Assembly: GCA_963771465.1 (NCBI GenBank)
Contig: CAVYTU010000015.1
Coordinates: forward strand, 224,001 to 288,000
Direction: 5' to 3'
Source: an uncultured delta proteobacterium
GTDB taxonomy: Bacteria > Desulfobacterota > Binatia > UBA9968
DNA length: 64,000 bases
Part shown: positions 40,927 through 50,297 of the stretch, piece by piece
Layout of the letters: each line of letters begins with the position of its first letter
Numbering within the stretch: the stretch's first letter is position 1
Program-made: the position numbers and the translations under genes
The notes under the pieces: generated by a model
The model's database searches: none
Told to the model about the DNA's origin: nothing
What the model saw: the letters and a program-made list of their open reading frames with translations, nothing else

Positions 40927-41206
40927 TACTAGACTCCTTTTTGAATTTTCTGTGCGTGGCTTTGTGCGTGGCTCTCATCTGGGCGGATACCACACACCTC
41001 TCGACTGAGTCAAGGAACATGCGTCTGTTTTCATTTCATTTGGGGTCAGGCACTGTTCCGCACCGTCATCCATCAGGATCAAGAAATGGAGTGCTCCTTG
41101 ATAGAAAAAGTCTCCCAGTCTCCAACGGCTTCTTATCATCCGCAAAATCTCGGTTGAACTTTAGCGCGGTTGCGAACTCTTGAACGTTTTGAACCTGGGA
41201 CGGGGT

Positions 41207-42426
41207 CTACTCATACCTCAACGCCTCGATCGGATCCAAACTGGCGGCTTTCTTGGCGGGGTAGAATCCGAAGAAGATGCCGACGGCGCCGGAGAAGAGA
41301 AAGGCGATGGCGACGATCTCCGGCCTGACTAATGTCGGCCACTGGGCCCACTCTTTTAAAACTTCCGAGCTGCCGATGCCGAGAACGATGCCGATCAACC
41401 CGCCGGTGGCGGCCATGACGACGGCTTCGACGAGGAATTGCAGCATGATGTCGCGGCTGCGCGCGCCGACGGCCATGCGGATGCCGATCTCGCGGGTGCG
41501 CTCGGTGACCGACACCAGCATGATGTTCATGATGCCGATGCCGCCGACCAAGAGCGAGATACCGGCGACGCTGCCGAGCAGGATCGCCATTACCCGCGCC
41601 GTGCTCTGCGCCGCTTCGGCGATGTCGGACAAATTGCGCACGGTGAAATCATCTTCGCGGCCTTCCGCGATGCGGTGGCGCTGGCGCAGCAGCAGCGCTA
41701 TTTGCTCCTCCGCTTCCTGCACGCGCTCGGCGTTGATCGCCCGAACGACAATGCTCTGCACCCAAGTAATCCGCATGAGCCGCTTTTGCATCGTGGTGTA
41801 CGGGATCATGACCGTGTCATCTTGATCGGTTCCCTGGCCGGTCTGGCCTTTGGCCACCAAAGTGCCGACGATGCGAAACGGGATATTGCGGATACGGATG
41901 ACAGAATCAATGGGATCGTCCCTGCCGAACAACTGACGCGCCACGGTCTGGCCGATGACGGCAACTTTGGCGGCGCTATCCATATCGCCTTCGTGCAAAA
42001 AACGTCCCGACTCGACCTGCCAATCGCGAATCTGCTGAAACTCCGGCGCTACGCCCTGGGCCAGGCTGCCCCAATTCAAATTGCCGGCGATCAACTTGTT
42101 CCTGGCGGCGCATGACCGGCGAAGCGAATGCAACTGACGGTAGCTCGCGAGCGATCGCGCGCGGAATCGCCGTCGACCAATGTATTCACATTGCCGGTGC
42201 CGGCGCGCACACCGCCTTGGACGTTGCTGCCGGGCAAAATGATCAAGACATTGGTGCCCAAGCTGGCGATCTGCGAGCGAATCGTCGACTTGGCGCCTTC
42301 GCCGATGGCGACCATGGCGATCACCGCGCCGACGCCGATGATGATGCCAAGCATGGTGAGAAAAGCGCGGAGCTTATTTCTCGCCAGCGCGCGCAGGGCA
42401 ATTCTCAGAGTCATTAACCACTGCAT
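41207..42426 (-). CDS. MacB-family ABC permease (frameshift near 42130)
   Basis: LTMLGIIIGVGAVIAM, SLLVGGIGIMNIMLVSVTERTREIGIRMAVGA and LDPIEALRYE motifs. Confidence 0.93.
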
Positions 42427-43140
42427 CTACACCTCCAGCCGAGCGATCACCTGCTGATTGGCATGATCGCCCACCACCTGGCCGTCGCGAAAGACGATTT
42501 GCCGCTTGGCGTGCTCGGCGATATCCGCTTCATGGGTGACGAGAATGACGGTGATGCCTTGCTCGGCGTTCAATTGCTGAAACAGCGCCATGATATCGTT
42601 GCTGGTAACGGTATCGAGATTGCCGGTCGGCTCGTCGGCGAGAATCAGCGACGGCTTATTGACCAAGGCACGCGCGATGGCGACCCGCTGTTGTTGCCCG
42701 CCGGAAAGACGATTGGGCGTATGATCGAAGCGCTCGCCGAGGCCGACGAGGGTCAAAACTTCCACCGCCCGTCGGTGGCGCTCCTTGCCGGCGTAACCGT
42801 TGTACATCATCGGCAGCTCGACATTTTCCAGTGCCGTTGTGCGCGACAGTAGATTGAATCCCTGAAAGACAAAACCGATGCGTTTGTTACGGATATGCGC
42901 CCAGTCGTCGGCCGATAGCGAGCCGACTTCTTCGCCTTCGAGAAAATATTTGCCGCGGGTCGGCCGGTCGAGACAGCCGAGAATATTCATGAAGGTCGAC
43001 TTGCCGGAGCCGGACGCACCCATGACCGCGACGAATTCGCCGCCCTCGATGGTCAAGTTAACGCCGCGCAGCGCCGGCACCTCGACGTCGCCCATGCGAT
43101 AGATTTTGTGCAGGTCCTCGACGCGAATGACTTCGCTCAT
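42427..43140 (-). CDS. MacB/LolD-type ABC ATP-binding protein
   Basis: [24 protein letters not shown] and [11 protein letters not shown] motifs. Confidence 0.95.
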   Translation of the reverse strand: MSEVIRVEDLHKIYRMGDVEVPALRGVNLTIEGGEFVAVMGASGSGKSTFMNILGCLDRPTRGKYFLEGEEVGSLSADDWAHIRNKRIGFVFQGFNLLSRTTALENVELPMMYNGYAGKERHRRAVEVLTLVGLGERFDHTPNRLSGGQQQRVAIARALVNKPSLILADEPTGNLDTVTSNDIMALFQQLNAEQGITVILVTHEADIAEHAKRQIVFRDGQVVGDHANQQVIARLEV

Positions 43141-44438
43141 CGGCGTCCTAAACCGCGCGGCGGTTGCGGCTGGAACGGATTGGCCACGCCGCTCTGCGCT
43201 GGCGCGCTGGCGCTGCTCGACGTGCCGATGATCACCGGATCGCTTTCAGCGAGCGCGCCGGCGATCACTTCGGTCTTCGACCCATCGGTGATGCCGACTT
43301 GCACCTCCACCGGCTCGGCTCTGCCCTCTTTCATCACATAGATTTTCACCTGGCGCACTTGGCGCCCCTCGCCGCCGCCGACACCGGAGCCGCCGCCCCG
43401 GCTGGTCCGCCGTTGGCCGACGCGCGGCGCCGTTCTACCCTGCTCCTGGCGGAGCACGTCTTGCGCTTCGTTTTTTTCTTCCGGCGGTCGGAAGCGCAGC
43501 GCCATGTTGGGGATCGTCAGCACGTCTTCTTTTTGACTGACGAGAAACTGCACGTTGGCGGTCATGCCGGGCTTGAGCAACAGCTCTTTATTGTTGATCC
43601 GAACCACCGCATTGTAAGTCACCACGCCTTGGACGTTGATCGGCGCATTGCGCACTTGATTGACCTTGCCGCGAAACCGGCGCTGCGGATGGGCGTCGAC
43701 GGTAAACGATACATCTTGTCCGTCGTGGATATTACCGACATCCGCTTCATCCACGTTGGTATGCACTTCCATCTTGGTCAGATCGTTGGCGATGGTGAAC
43801 AACGTCGGCGCCGACAAGGACGCCGCCACGGTCTGACCGACGTCGATACTGCGCGAAATGACGATGCCGTCCACCGGCGAGCGTATCACCGTATAGCCCA
43901 AATCGATGTTCGCTTGATTCATCGCCGCCTGCGCCTGGCCCACTTGGGCTTGGGAAACGTTGAGCTGCGAGCGCGCCGAATCGTATGCGGTCTGCGCCGC
44001 GTCCAACTCGCTTTGCGACACCAGTTCGCGCTGCTTCAGCTCTTTGGCGCGCTTCAAAGTTCGCTCGGCGTCTTCCACGGCAACTTTCGATTTCGCCGCG
44101 CTTGCCTGGGCCGCCAGAATATTGGCGCGGCTCTCTTCGACTCTCGCGGCGAATTTCGCCTGATCGAGCTGGGCGACCACCTGTTCCTTGGTAACTTTGG
44201 TGTTGTAGTCGGCGTGCAGCTTGGCGATGGTGCCGGAAACTTGGCTGCCGACGAGAACCGTCGTCACCGCTTGCAATGTCCCCGTCGAGGAAACCACCTG
44301 GCGGATATTGGCTTTGCTCGCCGGCACCGTGAGATAGGGAGCTTCTTTGGGACCGTTGCCCATGCGCCAGTAGGCATAGCCGGCGCCGCCGGCTGCCAGC
44401 AACAATACGATAACCAGCAAGGTCTTTTTGAGCTTCAT
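43137..44438 (-). CDS. MacA-type periplasmic adaptor (membrane fusion protein)
   Basis: N-terminal TM; VGSQVSGTI, coiled hairpin, IRSPVDGIVI, GQTVAASL, VDEADVG and LKPGMTA motifs. Confidence 0.93.
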   Translation of the reverse strand: MKLKKTLLVIVLLLAAGGAGYAYWRMGNGPKEAPYLTVPASKANIRQVVSSTGTLQAVTTVLVGSQVSGTIAKLHADYNTKVTKEQVVAQLDQAKFAARVEESRANILAAQASAAKSKVAVEDAERTLKRAKELKQRELVSQSELDAAQTAYDSARSQLNVSQAQVGQAQAAMNQANIDLGYTVIRSPVDGIVISRSIDVGQTVAASLSAPTLFTIANDLTKMEVHTNVDEADVGNIHDGQDVSFTVDAHPQRRFRGKVNQVRNAPINVQGVVTYNAVVRINNKELLLKPGMTANVQFLVSQKEDVLTIPNMALRFRPPEEKNEAQDVLRQEQGRTAPRVGQRRTSRGGGSGVGGGEGRQVRQVKIYVMKEGRAEPVEVQVGITDGSKTEVIAGALAESDPVIIGTSSSASAPAQSGVANPFQPQPPRGLGRR

Positions 44439-44911
44439 GACTCCTCGCAAAGCAGACGAAAAACTTTCACGGCGAAATCATTTGAATCACGCTGGGTCAT
44501 GCGCCGATAGGTGAGTCCCGTGGTGATCTCGGCGTTGGGTTCTTGATCCTCGATCACTTGCTCCAAAGCGACGCGGAAGCGCGACACCGGCGACGCACCC
44601 GGCATCTCGTAATAGAGTTCGCGCACGCTGCCCTTGAGATAATAATTCACGCCCTTATCGGAAATCATCAAAGTGACCTTTGCCGCCTGGCGCAGATTCT
44701 TCGAAGTCGAACTGTCCTTCCATAGCGCCATGTCCAATGTGGCAGCATTCTTCGCCGCGATCTCATAGTAGGAGAGCAAAGCCGGATGCGGCCAGCCGGA
44801 ATCGTCAATCGTAAAAATCGGAATAATCTTCCCTTCGTGCGATTCGACCTCGGCGCCGCTCAAACGTTGAAGCAGCGCCGCTGGTAATTCTTTGCCCAAT
44901 AATTGTGACAT
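44435..44911 (-). CDS. Split-barrel FMN-binding (PNPOx-like) protein; candidate PhdC-like prFMN maturase
   Basis: TIDDSGWPHPALLS...ALWKDSSTSKNL...YYLKG pattern of PNPOx-like proteins; downstream of ubiX and fni. Maturase call is inference. Confidence 0.7.
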   Translation of the reverse strand: MSQLLGKELPAALLQRLSGAEVESHEGKIIPIFTIDDSGWPHPALLSYYEIAAKNAATLDMALWKDSSTSKNLRQAAKVTLMISDKGVNYYLKGSVRELYYEMPGASPVSRFRVALEQVIEDQEPNAEITTGLTYRRMTQRDSNDFAVKVFRLLCEES

Positions 44912-45004
44912 GTTCGCTCTAACTCCTTAGACGTTTGGCAATTTCAATCTCTGGGGATCGATTCTCCGCTACTTGCTGGATTGCGTTAAGCCGATCCGAA
45001 GTCC

Positions 45005-45135
45005 GACATTCCCGCATGCCTTAAGCGGGAATCCAGACGAATCCGGAACTGAACCCCGATAAAAAAATTCGGGGGTGACGCCTTTAAAACAATCTCATCG
45101 CCTGATACCGCGAACTTGCTGCGGGGTCGTTCATT
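45005..45135. repeat. Composite REP-like element with three hairpins
   Basis: ATTCCCGC-N9-GCGGGAAT, CCCCGA-N9-TCGGGG and ACCGCGAACTTGCTGCGGGGTCGTTCATT; the last overlaps the upstream gene's stop. Confidence 0.7.
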
Positions 45136-45613
45136 CGGTTAACTCCCCGATCGCAAGCTCCTGCCGCTTGCCGAACCCCTGTTCGTTGTCGATAAAAAAC
45201 AGCTTCTCGGGCAGGACGCAATAGAACTTCACCTTGAGAAAAGCCTTGTGAAACACCCCGCTCGATGGGTCGGTAAAAAGCTTGATCACTTCCGGATATT
45301 TGATCGCGTAAACCGCCATCGCCTTGGCCTTCTCCAAAATTCCATCCACCAGCATAACCCGGCCTTCGAGCTGGATGCCTTTGATTTTTCGCCAGTCCTT
45401 ATAGTCCTCTTGAATCGTCACCGCAACCCGTGCGTTGGCCGCCAGGTTTTGGCAATGGCGCGAATCGGGCGACGAAAAGAAATAAAGATTCAGCCGGTCG
45501 CTGGCGAAAAACACCGTCGCCGCCCATGGCGCGTCGCCGGCACAGGTAGCCAGTGTCATGGTGTTGTGAGTTTTTAGATAATCGAGGACTTGCTGTTTCA
45601 ATTCGTCAGCCAT
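45131..45613 (-). CDS. PNPOx-like/YhbP-type split-barrel protein
   Basis: HNTMTLAT, PWAATVFF, SSPDSRHCQNL, IKGIQLEG and FIDNEQGFGKR motifs. Confidence 0.85.
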   Translation of the reverse strand: MADELKQQVLDYLKTHNTMTLATCAGDAPWAATVFFASDRLNLYFFSSPDSRHCQNLAANARVAVTIQEDYKDWRKIKGIQLEGRVMLVDGILEKAKAMAVYAIKYPEVIKLFTDPSSGVFHKAFLKVKFYCVLPEKLFFIDNEQGFGKRQELAIGELTE

Positions 45614-45679
45614 CGGCGTGACCTTCGTCTGGCATGAACTCACGAGCGCGCTGCGACCGGCATCGTTGCCGGCGGCTAG

Positions 45680-46732
45680 TCAATCTGAACTTCGCACCAA
45701 GGGAGCGTTTCGAAGCGCTTGAAGATTGACCGCGCCGACACACAGCATGCTGACTTTGAGCTCATGGATAATGCCGGCGATAAATTCTACCACCTTCGCT
45801 GAAGACTCCAAAGCCACCTCTAGGAGCGGTTGGCCGAAGGCTCCCATGTCGGCGCCGAGCGCAATCGACTTGGCGAAATCGACACCGGTACGGATACCCC
45901 CGGACGCAATCAATGGCATATCCGGCAGCGCTTGGCGCACGCTCACCAACGCTTCTTCCGTCGGGATACCCCAATCGGTAAAGGTTCGGTCCGCGGGGTT
46001 GCCGTGTTGCGCCGCGCGCCGCGCTTCCACCGCCGACCATGAGGTGCCGCCGCGGCCGGCGACGTCGATGGCTTTCACGCCCGCGCGTTGCAGCCGCCGC
46101 GCAACGTCCACTGAGATGCCGTTGCCAACTTCCTTGGCGACGATGGGAACTTCGAGATCGCGGCAGAGCGCGGCGATTTTTTCCGTCAGCCCTTTGAAGT
46201 TGCGATTGCCTTCCGGTTGCACCGCTTCTTGCAACGCATTGAGGTGAAGTATCAGCGCATCGGCGCCGATCATTTCCACGGCGCGGCGGCATTGCTCGAT
46301 GCCGTAGCCGTAATTCAATTGCACCGCGCCGAGATTTCCGAGGAGGAGAATGTCGGGGGCAATATCGCGAACCTGGAAGGAAGCTGCCGCGGACGGCTCT
46401 TCGATCGCCACGCGTTGCGAGCCGACGCCCATGGCGATACCCAATTTTTGTGCCGCCGCTGCCAGATTGCGATTGACCTTGCGCGCCAGATCGAAGCCGC
46501 CGGTCATCGACGAAATCAAGATCGGTGCTGTTAGTTTCTTGCCGAGAAACGTCGTGCCGACATCGATCTCGTCGAGATCGAGCTCAGGCAGCGCGTTGTG
46601 AACAAAACGGTAGCGGTCGAGGCCGGTGCTCAGCGAGCTCGTCACGCTCTCAGTATCGAGGCAGAGCTCGAGATGCTGTTTTTTTCGCTGCTGAGTTTGA
46701 GTGAGGGCTTTTTTTACTCTGTGCGGCGGCAT
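45680..46732 (-). CDS. fni: Type 2 isopentenyl-diphosphate delta-isomerase (FMN-dependent)
   Basis: RKKQHL, HNALPE, SSMTGG, GVGSQR, HLNALQEAVQPEG, KEVGNG, GRGGTSW and ASGGIR motifs. Confidence 0.96.
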   Translation of the reverse strand: MPPHRVKKALTQTQQRKKQHLELCLDTESVTSSLSTGLDRYRFVHNALPELDLDEIDVGTTFLGKKLTAPILISSMTGGFDLARKVNRNLAAAAQKLGIAMGVGSQRVAIEEPSAAASFQVRDIAPDILLLGNLGAVQLNYGYGIEQCRRAVEMIGADALILHLNALQEAVQPEGNRNFKGLTEKIAALCRDLEVPIVAKEVGNGISVDVARRLQRAGVKAIDVAGRGGTSWSAVEARRAAQHGNPADRTFTDWGIPTEEALVSVRQALPDMPLIASGGIRTGVDFAKSIALGADMGAFGQPLLEVALESSAKVVEFIAGIIHELKVSMLCVGAVNLQALRNAPLVRSSD

Positions 46733-46753
46733 GACGTTGAGGAACCAAGAAAC

Positions 46754-47413
46754 TCACCGCTGCTTCTTGGCGGCTTGCCGTTCTTTGGCGGCGCTAATCG
46801 GCGTCGGTTTGGCCTTGGCCGCGTCAGGATGACGGCTCATGCCTTCATCGTCCCAGCGGTGAAACAACTTGACGTCGATGTCGAACTGATCGAGAATCCG
46901 CGTCACCGTCTGGTTGATCACGTCATCGAGAGTCTTTGGCCGGTGGTAGAACGCCGGCACCGGCGGAAATATAATCGCGCCCATGCGTGTGAGCGACGCC
47001 ATCGCTTCGAGATGGCCGAGATGAAGCGGCGTCTCGCGCACGACCAGCAGCAGTTTTTTCCGTTCCTTTAAAACCACGTCAGCGGCGCGAACCAGCAGAT
47101 CGCCGCCGAGAGAATGGGCGATGGCGCCCATGGATTTCATCGAACAAGGCGCAATCACCATCCCTTCGGTGCGAAATGAGCCGCTCGAAATGCTCGCGCC
47201 GACGTTATTGACGTCGTGCACCACGTCGGCCATCGCTTCGACGTCTTTGACCGAGTAAGGCGTTTCGACTTGAATGGTCATCTTGCCGGCTTTACTCAAG
47301 ACCAGATGAGTCTCGATGTCGCCGATCTTGGAGAGAATTTCCAACATGCGCACGCCGTAGATCGCGCCGGTGGCGCCGGAGACGCCGATGATGAGCCGCT
47401 TTTTTTTATTCAA
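46754..47413 (-). CDS. ubiX: Flavin prenyltransferase
   Basis: GVSGATG, ISSGSF, APCSMKS, RAADVVLKERKKL, RETPL and PPVPAFYHRP motifs. Confidence 0.96.
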   Translation of the reverse strand: MNKKKRLIIGVSGATGAIYGVRMLEILSKIGDIETHLVLSKAGKMTIQVETPYSVKDVEAMADVVHDVNNVGASISSGSFRTEGMVIAPCSMKSMGAIAHSLGGDLLVRAADVVLKERKKLLLVVRETPLHLGHLEAMASLTRMGAIIFPPVPAFYHRPKTLDDVINQTVTRILDQFDIDVKLFHRWDDEGMSRHPDAAKAKPTPISAAKERQAAKKQR

Positions 47414-47817
47414 TTGAAAAACTCCAGTGTCAGTTGATCGCCGTCGTGAACCTGGAAATGATCTTTCAAGCGCATCGGCGCGACGATTTCAATTTTGTCC
47501 TGCGGATAATCTTTCACTTCCGGCAACAAAATCGCGCCGCCGACCTTGACGCCGTTGGCCGCCGCGTAAATCTCGACGCGATACAACTTCGCGCTGCAAT
47601 GGCCGTCGGACGCCGCTGTCAATGCCGTAGCGGCGTGATCGCTCTGGACTCGGCGCCAAACCTGGGCATCTTCGGTCCCCTTGGGCCGGATGTTGAGGGT
47701 CGCCGGAAACGGATGGTAGCCAAGGCGTTGGTTTAACAAATCCTGCACCCAATCGAGCGCCATAAATGACGACGCTTGGCCCAGGTCGGAAAAAATCACT
47801 CCGGTCATCCGTTCCAT
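47410..47817 (-). CDS. CTP-dependent (archaeal-type, DUF120) riboflavin kinase-like protein
   Basis: TGVIFSDLGQASSF...LGYHPFPATLNI...IEIVAPMRLKDHFQVHDGD follows the G.V.SG.GEG..F / LG..P(Y/F)PGTLN / EIIAP..LR...DGD layout, with substitutions. Confidence 0.78.
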   Translation of the reverse strand: MERMTGVIFSDLGQASSFMALDWVQDLLNQRLGYHPFPATLNIRPKGTEDAQVWRRVQSDHAATALTAASDGHCSAKLYRVEIYAAANGVKVGGAILLPEVKDYPQDKIEIVAPMRLKDHFQVHDGDQLTLEFFN

Positions 47818-47832
47818 CGCCGTGGCATTGGT

Positions 47833-48606
47833 TCAATGGCCCGACAGCGACGCGGCTTTGCCGCCGCGCCGGACTTTAATCACTTCGGCGAGGATCGAAA
47901 GGGCAATTTCCGCCGGCGTTTCGGTGGCGATGTCGAGGCCGATGGGCGCGTAGATTCGGTCGATCGCTTCCTCGGTAACTTTCTCCTCGTCGCGGAATCT
48001 CTGAAAGCACGCCTTGATGCGCCGCCGGCTGCCGATCATGCCGATATATTTCGCCTGGCCGTGCATGATCTGGCGCAGGCAAGGCTCGTCGTAGGCATGA
48101 CCGCGGGTGATCAGCACAATGTAGCAAGACGGCGTGATCGTCATTTCCTTGAGCATCTGCGCCATGTCACCGACCAAAACTTCATCCGCGTCGGGAAATC
48201 GCTCGCGGTTGGCATAGAGCAAACGATCGTCGATGACGGTGACGTGGAAGTCGAGAACCTTGGCGATCCTGGCCAGCGGCACGGCGATGTGGCCGGCACC
48301 GACGACGATCAATTTCGGCGGCGACGGCATCACTTCGAAGAATACTTCCAGTTTTGCATCCGCGTCGGGGACAGCGAGCGAAACCAGCTGCGACTTCTCA
48401 GCGCGCGCATGGGTGTCGCTCTCGCGCACGATCGCTTCGATGACCTTGGCGTTACCGATGGTCTCGGCACGCGCTCTACCGTCGCGGATCAAGCACTTGG
48501 AGCCCGGCTCTATCTTGGCGCTGCCATCGGCTTCGACCACGGTGGCGAGCACCGCAGCCATGCCCTGCTCGGTGATCTCGACGAGTTCTTGAGCTAGCGA
48601 GCTCAT
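47833..48606 (-). CDS. XdhC/CoxI family Moco-enzyme maturation protein
   Basis: LIVVGAGHIAVPL, VIDDR, LITRGHAYD, YIGMIGSRRR and APIGLDI...TPAEIALSI motifs. Confidence 0.93.
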   Translation of the reverse strand: MSSLAQELVEITEQGMAAVLATVVEADGSAKIEPGSKCLIRDGRARAETIGNAKVIEAIVRESDTHARAEKSQLVSLAVPDADAKLEVFFEVMPSPPKLIVVGAGHIAVPLARIAKVLDFHVTVIDDRLLYANRERFPDADEVLVGDMAQMLKEMTITPSCYIVLITRGHAYDEPCLRQIMHGQAKYIGMIGSRRRIKACFQRFRDEEKVTEEAIDRIYAPIGLDIATETPAEIALSILAEVIKVRRGGKAASLSGH

Positions 48607-48998
48607 TTTGCGCCGACCGCCTCCTGATCGCGCTCTTTCCACCATGGATCGATGAAGACGTTCATGATGCCGCCGCACACCGCGGGACTGTCGGAGGAAA
48701 TGTCGTCGAGCAAATCGACGCGCACGGTGCGCGGCTTCTTGGTGCGGATCGCCTCGATCGCTTCGCGCTTCACGTCCGCCTCGCCGCAGCCGCCGCCGAT
48801 GGTGCCGAGGATCTCACCCCAGGCTGTTACGACCATTTTGGCGCCGACCTCGCGCGGCGTCGACCCCTTGGTCGAGACAATGGTCGCCACCGCCACGGTC
48901 TCGCCGTTATCGAGAAACTCCCGCACTTGGTGGTAAATCGTATCTTTTTTCTTCGCCTCTAAATCGGCTTCTGTGTAACAAGCGCCAGGTCCAGCCAT
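48603..48998 (-). CDS. XdhC/CoxF N-terminal-domain protein
   Basis: ATIVSTKGSTPREVGAKM, GTIGGGCGE and VCGGIM motifs. Confidence 0.9.
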   Translation of the reverse strand: MAGPGACYTEADLEAKKKDTIYHQVREFLDNGETVAVATIVSTKGSTPREVGAKMVVTAWGEILGTIGGGCGEADVKREAIEAIRTKKPRTVRVDLLDDISSDSPAVCGGIMNVFIDPWWKERDQEAVGAK

Positions 48999-49018
48999 GA
49001 TCGCACCTCCTGATTGTC

Positions 49019-49080
49019 AATTGATAATGGAGAATTGAAAATGGAGAATGATTTTCCATTATCCATTATCCATTTTTCAA
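49019..49080. repeat. Inverted arrays of heptamer repeats
   Basis: AATTGAT AATGGAG AATTGAA AATGGAG facing TTCCATT ATCCATT ATCCATT TTTCAA. Confidence 0.7.
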
Positions 49081-50291
49081 GCCACCATTTTCTGCAACGT
49101 CCGTCCCAACGACACCAGACTGTTGACGTTATGGATCGACAAAAACATATCGAGATACGGCAGCGCCGCCTGCATGCCTTTGCACAGTGGCTCGTAGTTC
49201 TCGCTCGCCAGCAAGGGATTGAGCCAGATGATTTTTTTGGCGCGCCGTTTGATATCCTGCATTTCTTTTTCGAGCAAGCTCACGTCGCCGCGGTCCCAAC
49301 CGTCGCTGATGATGACGACGACGCTGCGATGCGTCACCATGCTCGGCGCGAAGTTGCGGTTGAAGGTATGCAGCGAGCGGCCGATGTTGGTGCCGCCGGA
49401 CCAGCCGAGGATGCTGCCGGAAATTTTATCCAACGCGTCGACGATATTTTTCGTGCGGATCAAGTGGGTGATCCGGCTGAGCGACGTGCTGAAGACGAAA
49501 GTCTCGACGCCCCAGAGCTCGTTTTGCAGCCCATACATGAACTGGATCAAAAACCGGCTGTAACAATCCATCGAACCGCTGACGTCGCACAGCAAAACCA
49601 CTTTGGTTTTCTTGATGCGCCGTTTACGATGCGATAACTCGATCACTTCGCCGCCGTATTTCATGCTGCGCCGCAAGGTCGAGCGCGGATCAATGACGCT
49701 GCCTTTGCGGCCGATTTTTTTGCGCCGGCTGATTTGCGTCGCGATTTTGGTCGCGATCAATAGGATCGCCCGCGCGATGGCGCGGCTTTCCTCCACGCTC
49801 ATCTCGCTGAAATCCTTGCGGTTCATCAGCTCCTGCGGGCTGTACGTCGGCACGGCGAATTCATCGAGATTTTCCAACGGTAAGTTTTCATTGGCTATGG
49901 CCTCGGCCGTGGCTTCTTCCAAACCGCCTTCCTCATCGCCGCCCTCGGGGGTCTGGGACTCGGTCGGCGTGCCTTGGATATCCATGGTCTCCATCGGCAT
50001 GCGCTCGTAGCTCTGCTCACACCAGAAGCGATCGAAGAGCATATCGAAAACGGGAAAATCTTCTTTCTGCAAAATGAGATTCGCCCTGAGCAGCGCGCGA
50101 AAATCGCCGCGCTCGGCGAGATCGACTAAATCCACCGCGCGCGACGTATCGAGCACCTGGCTGAGACTGACTTTGACGCCGAGCTGCTTTAGCGCGCGGC
50201 CAAACGCCATCATGTTTGGCAGGGTGCCCTTGCCGCGCACCGAGGCGACGCTATTGACCGCGGCGGCAACCGATTCCGCAGTGATATCCAT
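49077..50291 (-). CDS. CoxE-like VWA domain protein
   Basis: LLCDVSGSM (MIDAS), FVFSTSL, WSGGTNIG, ISDGWDRG and WLNPLL motifs. Confidence 0.93.
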   Translation of the reverse strand: MDITAESVAAAVNSVASVRGKGTLPNMMAFGRALKQLGVKVSLSQVLDTSRAVDLVDLAERGDFRALLRANLILQKEDFPVFDMLFDRFWCEQSYERMPMETMDIQGTPTESQTPEGGDEEGGLEEATAEAIANENLPLENLDEFAVPTYSPQELMNRKDFSEMSVEESRAIARAILLIATKIATQISRRKKIGRKGSVIDPRSTLRRSMKYGGEVIELSHRKRRIKKTKVVLLCDVSGSMDCYSRFLIQFMYGLQNELWGVETFVFSTSLSRITHLIRTKNIVDALDKISGSILGWSGGTNIGRSLHTFNRNFAPSMVTHRSVVVIISDGWDRGDVSLLEKEMQDIKRRAKKIIWLNPLLASENYEPLCKGMQAALPYLDMFLSIHNVNSLVSLGRTLQKMVA

Positions 50292-50297
50292 TGAAGC

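Noticed and set aside
49014-49080. CRISPR-like repeats
   Set aside because: Heptamer tandem/inverted repeats without unique spacers; no cas genes or arrays seen anywhere in the window.
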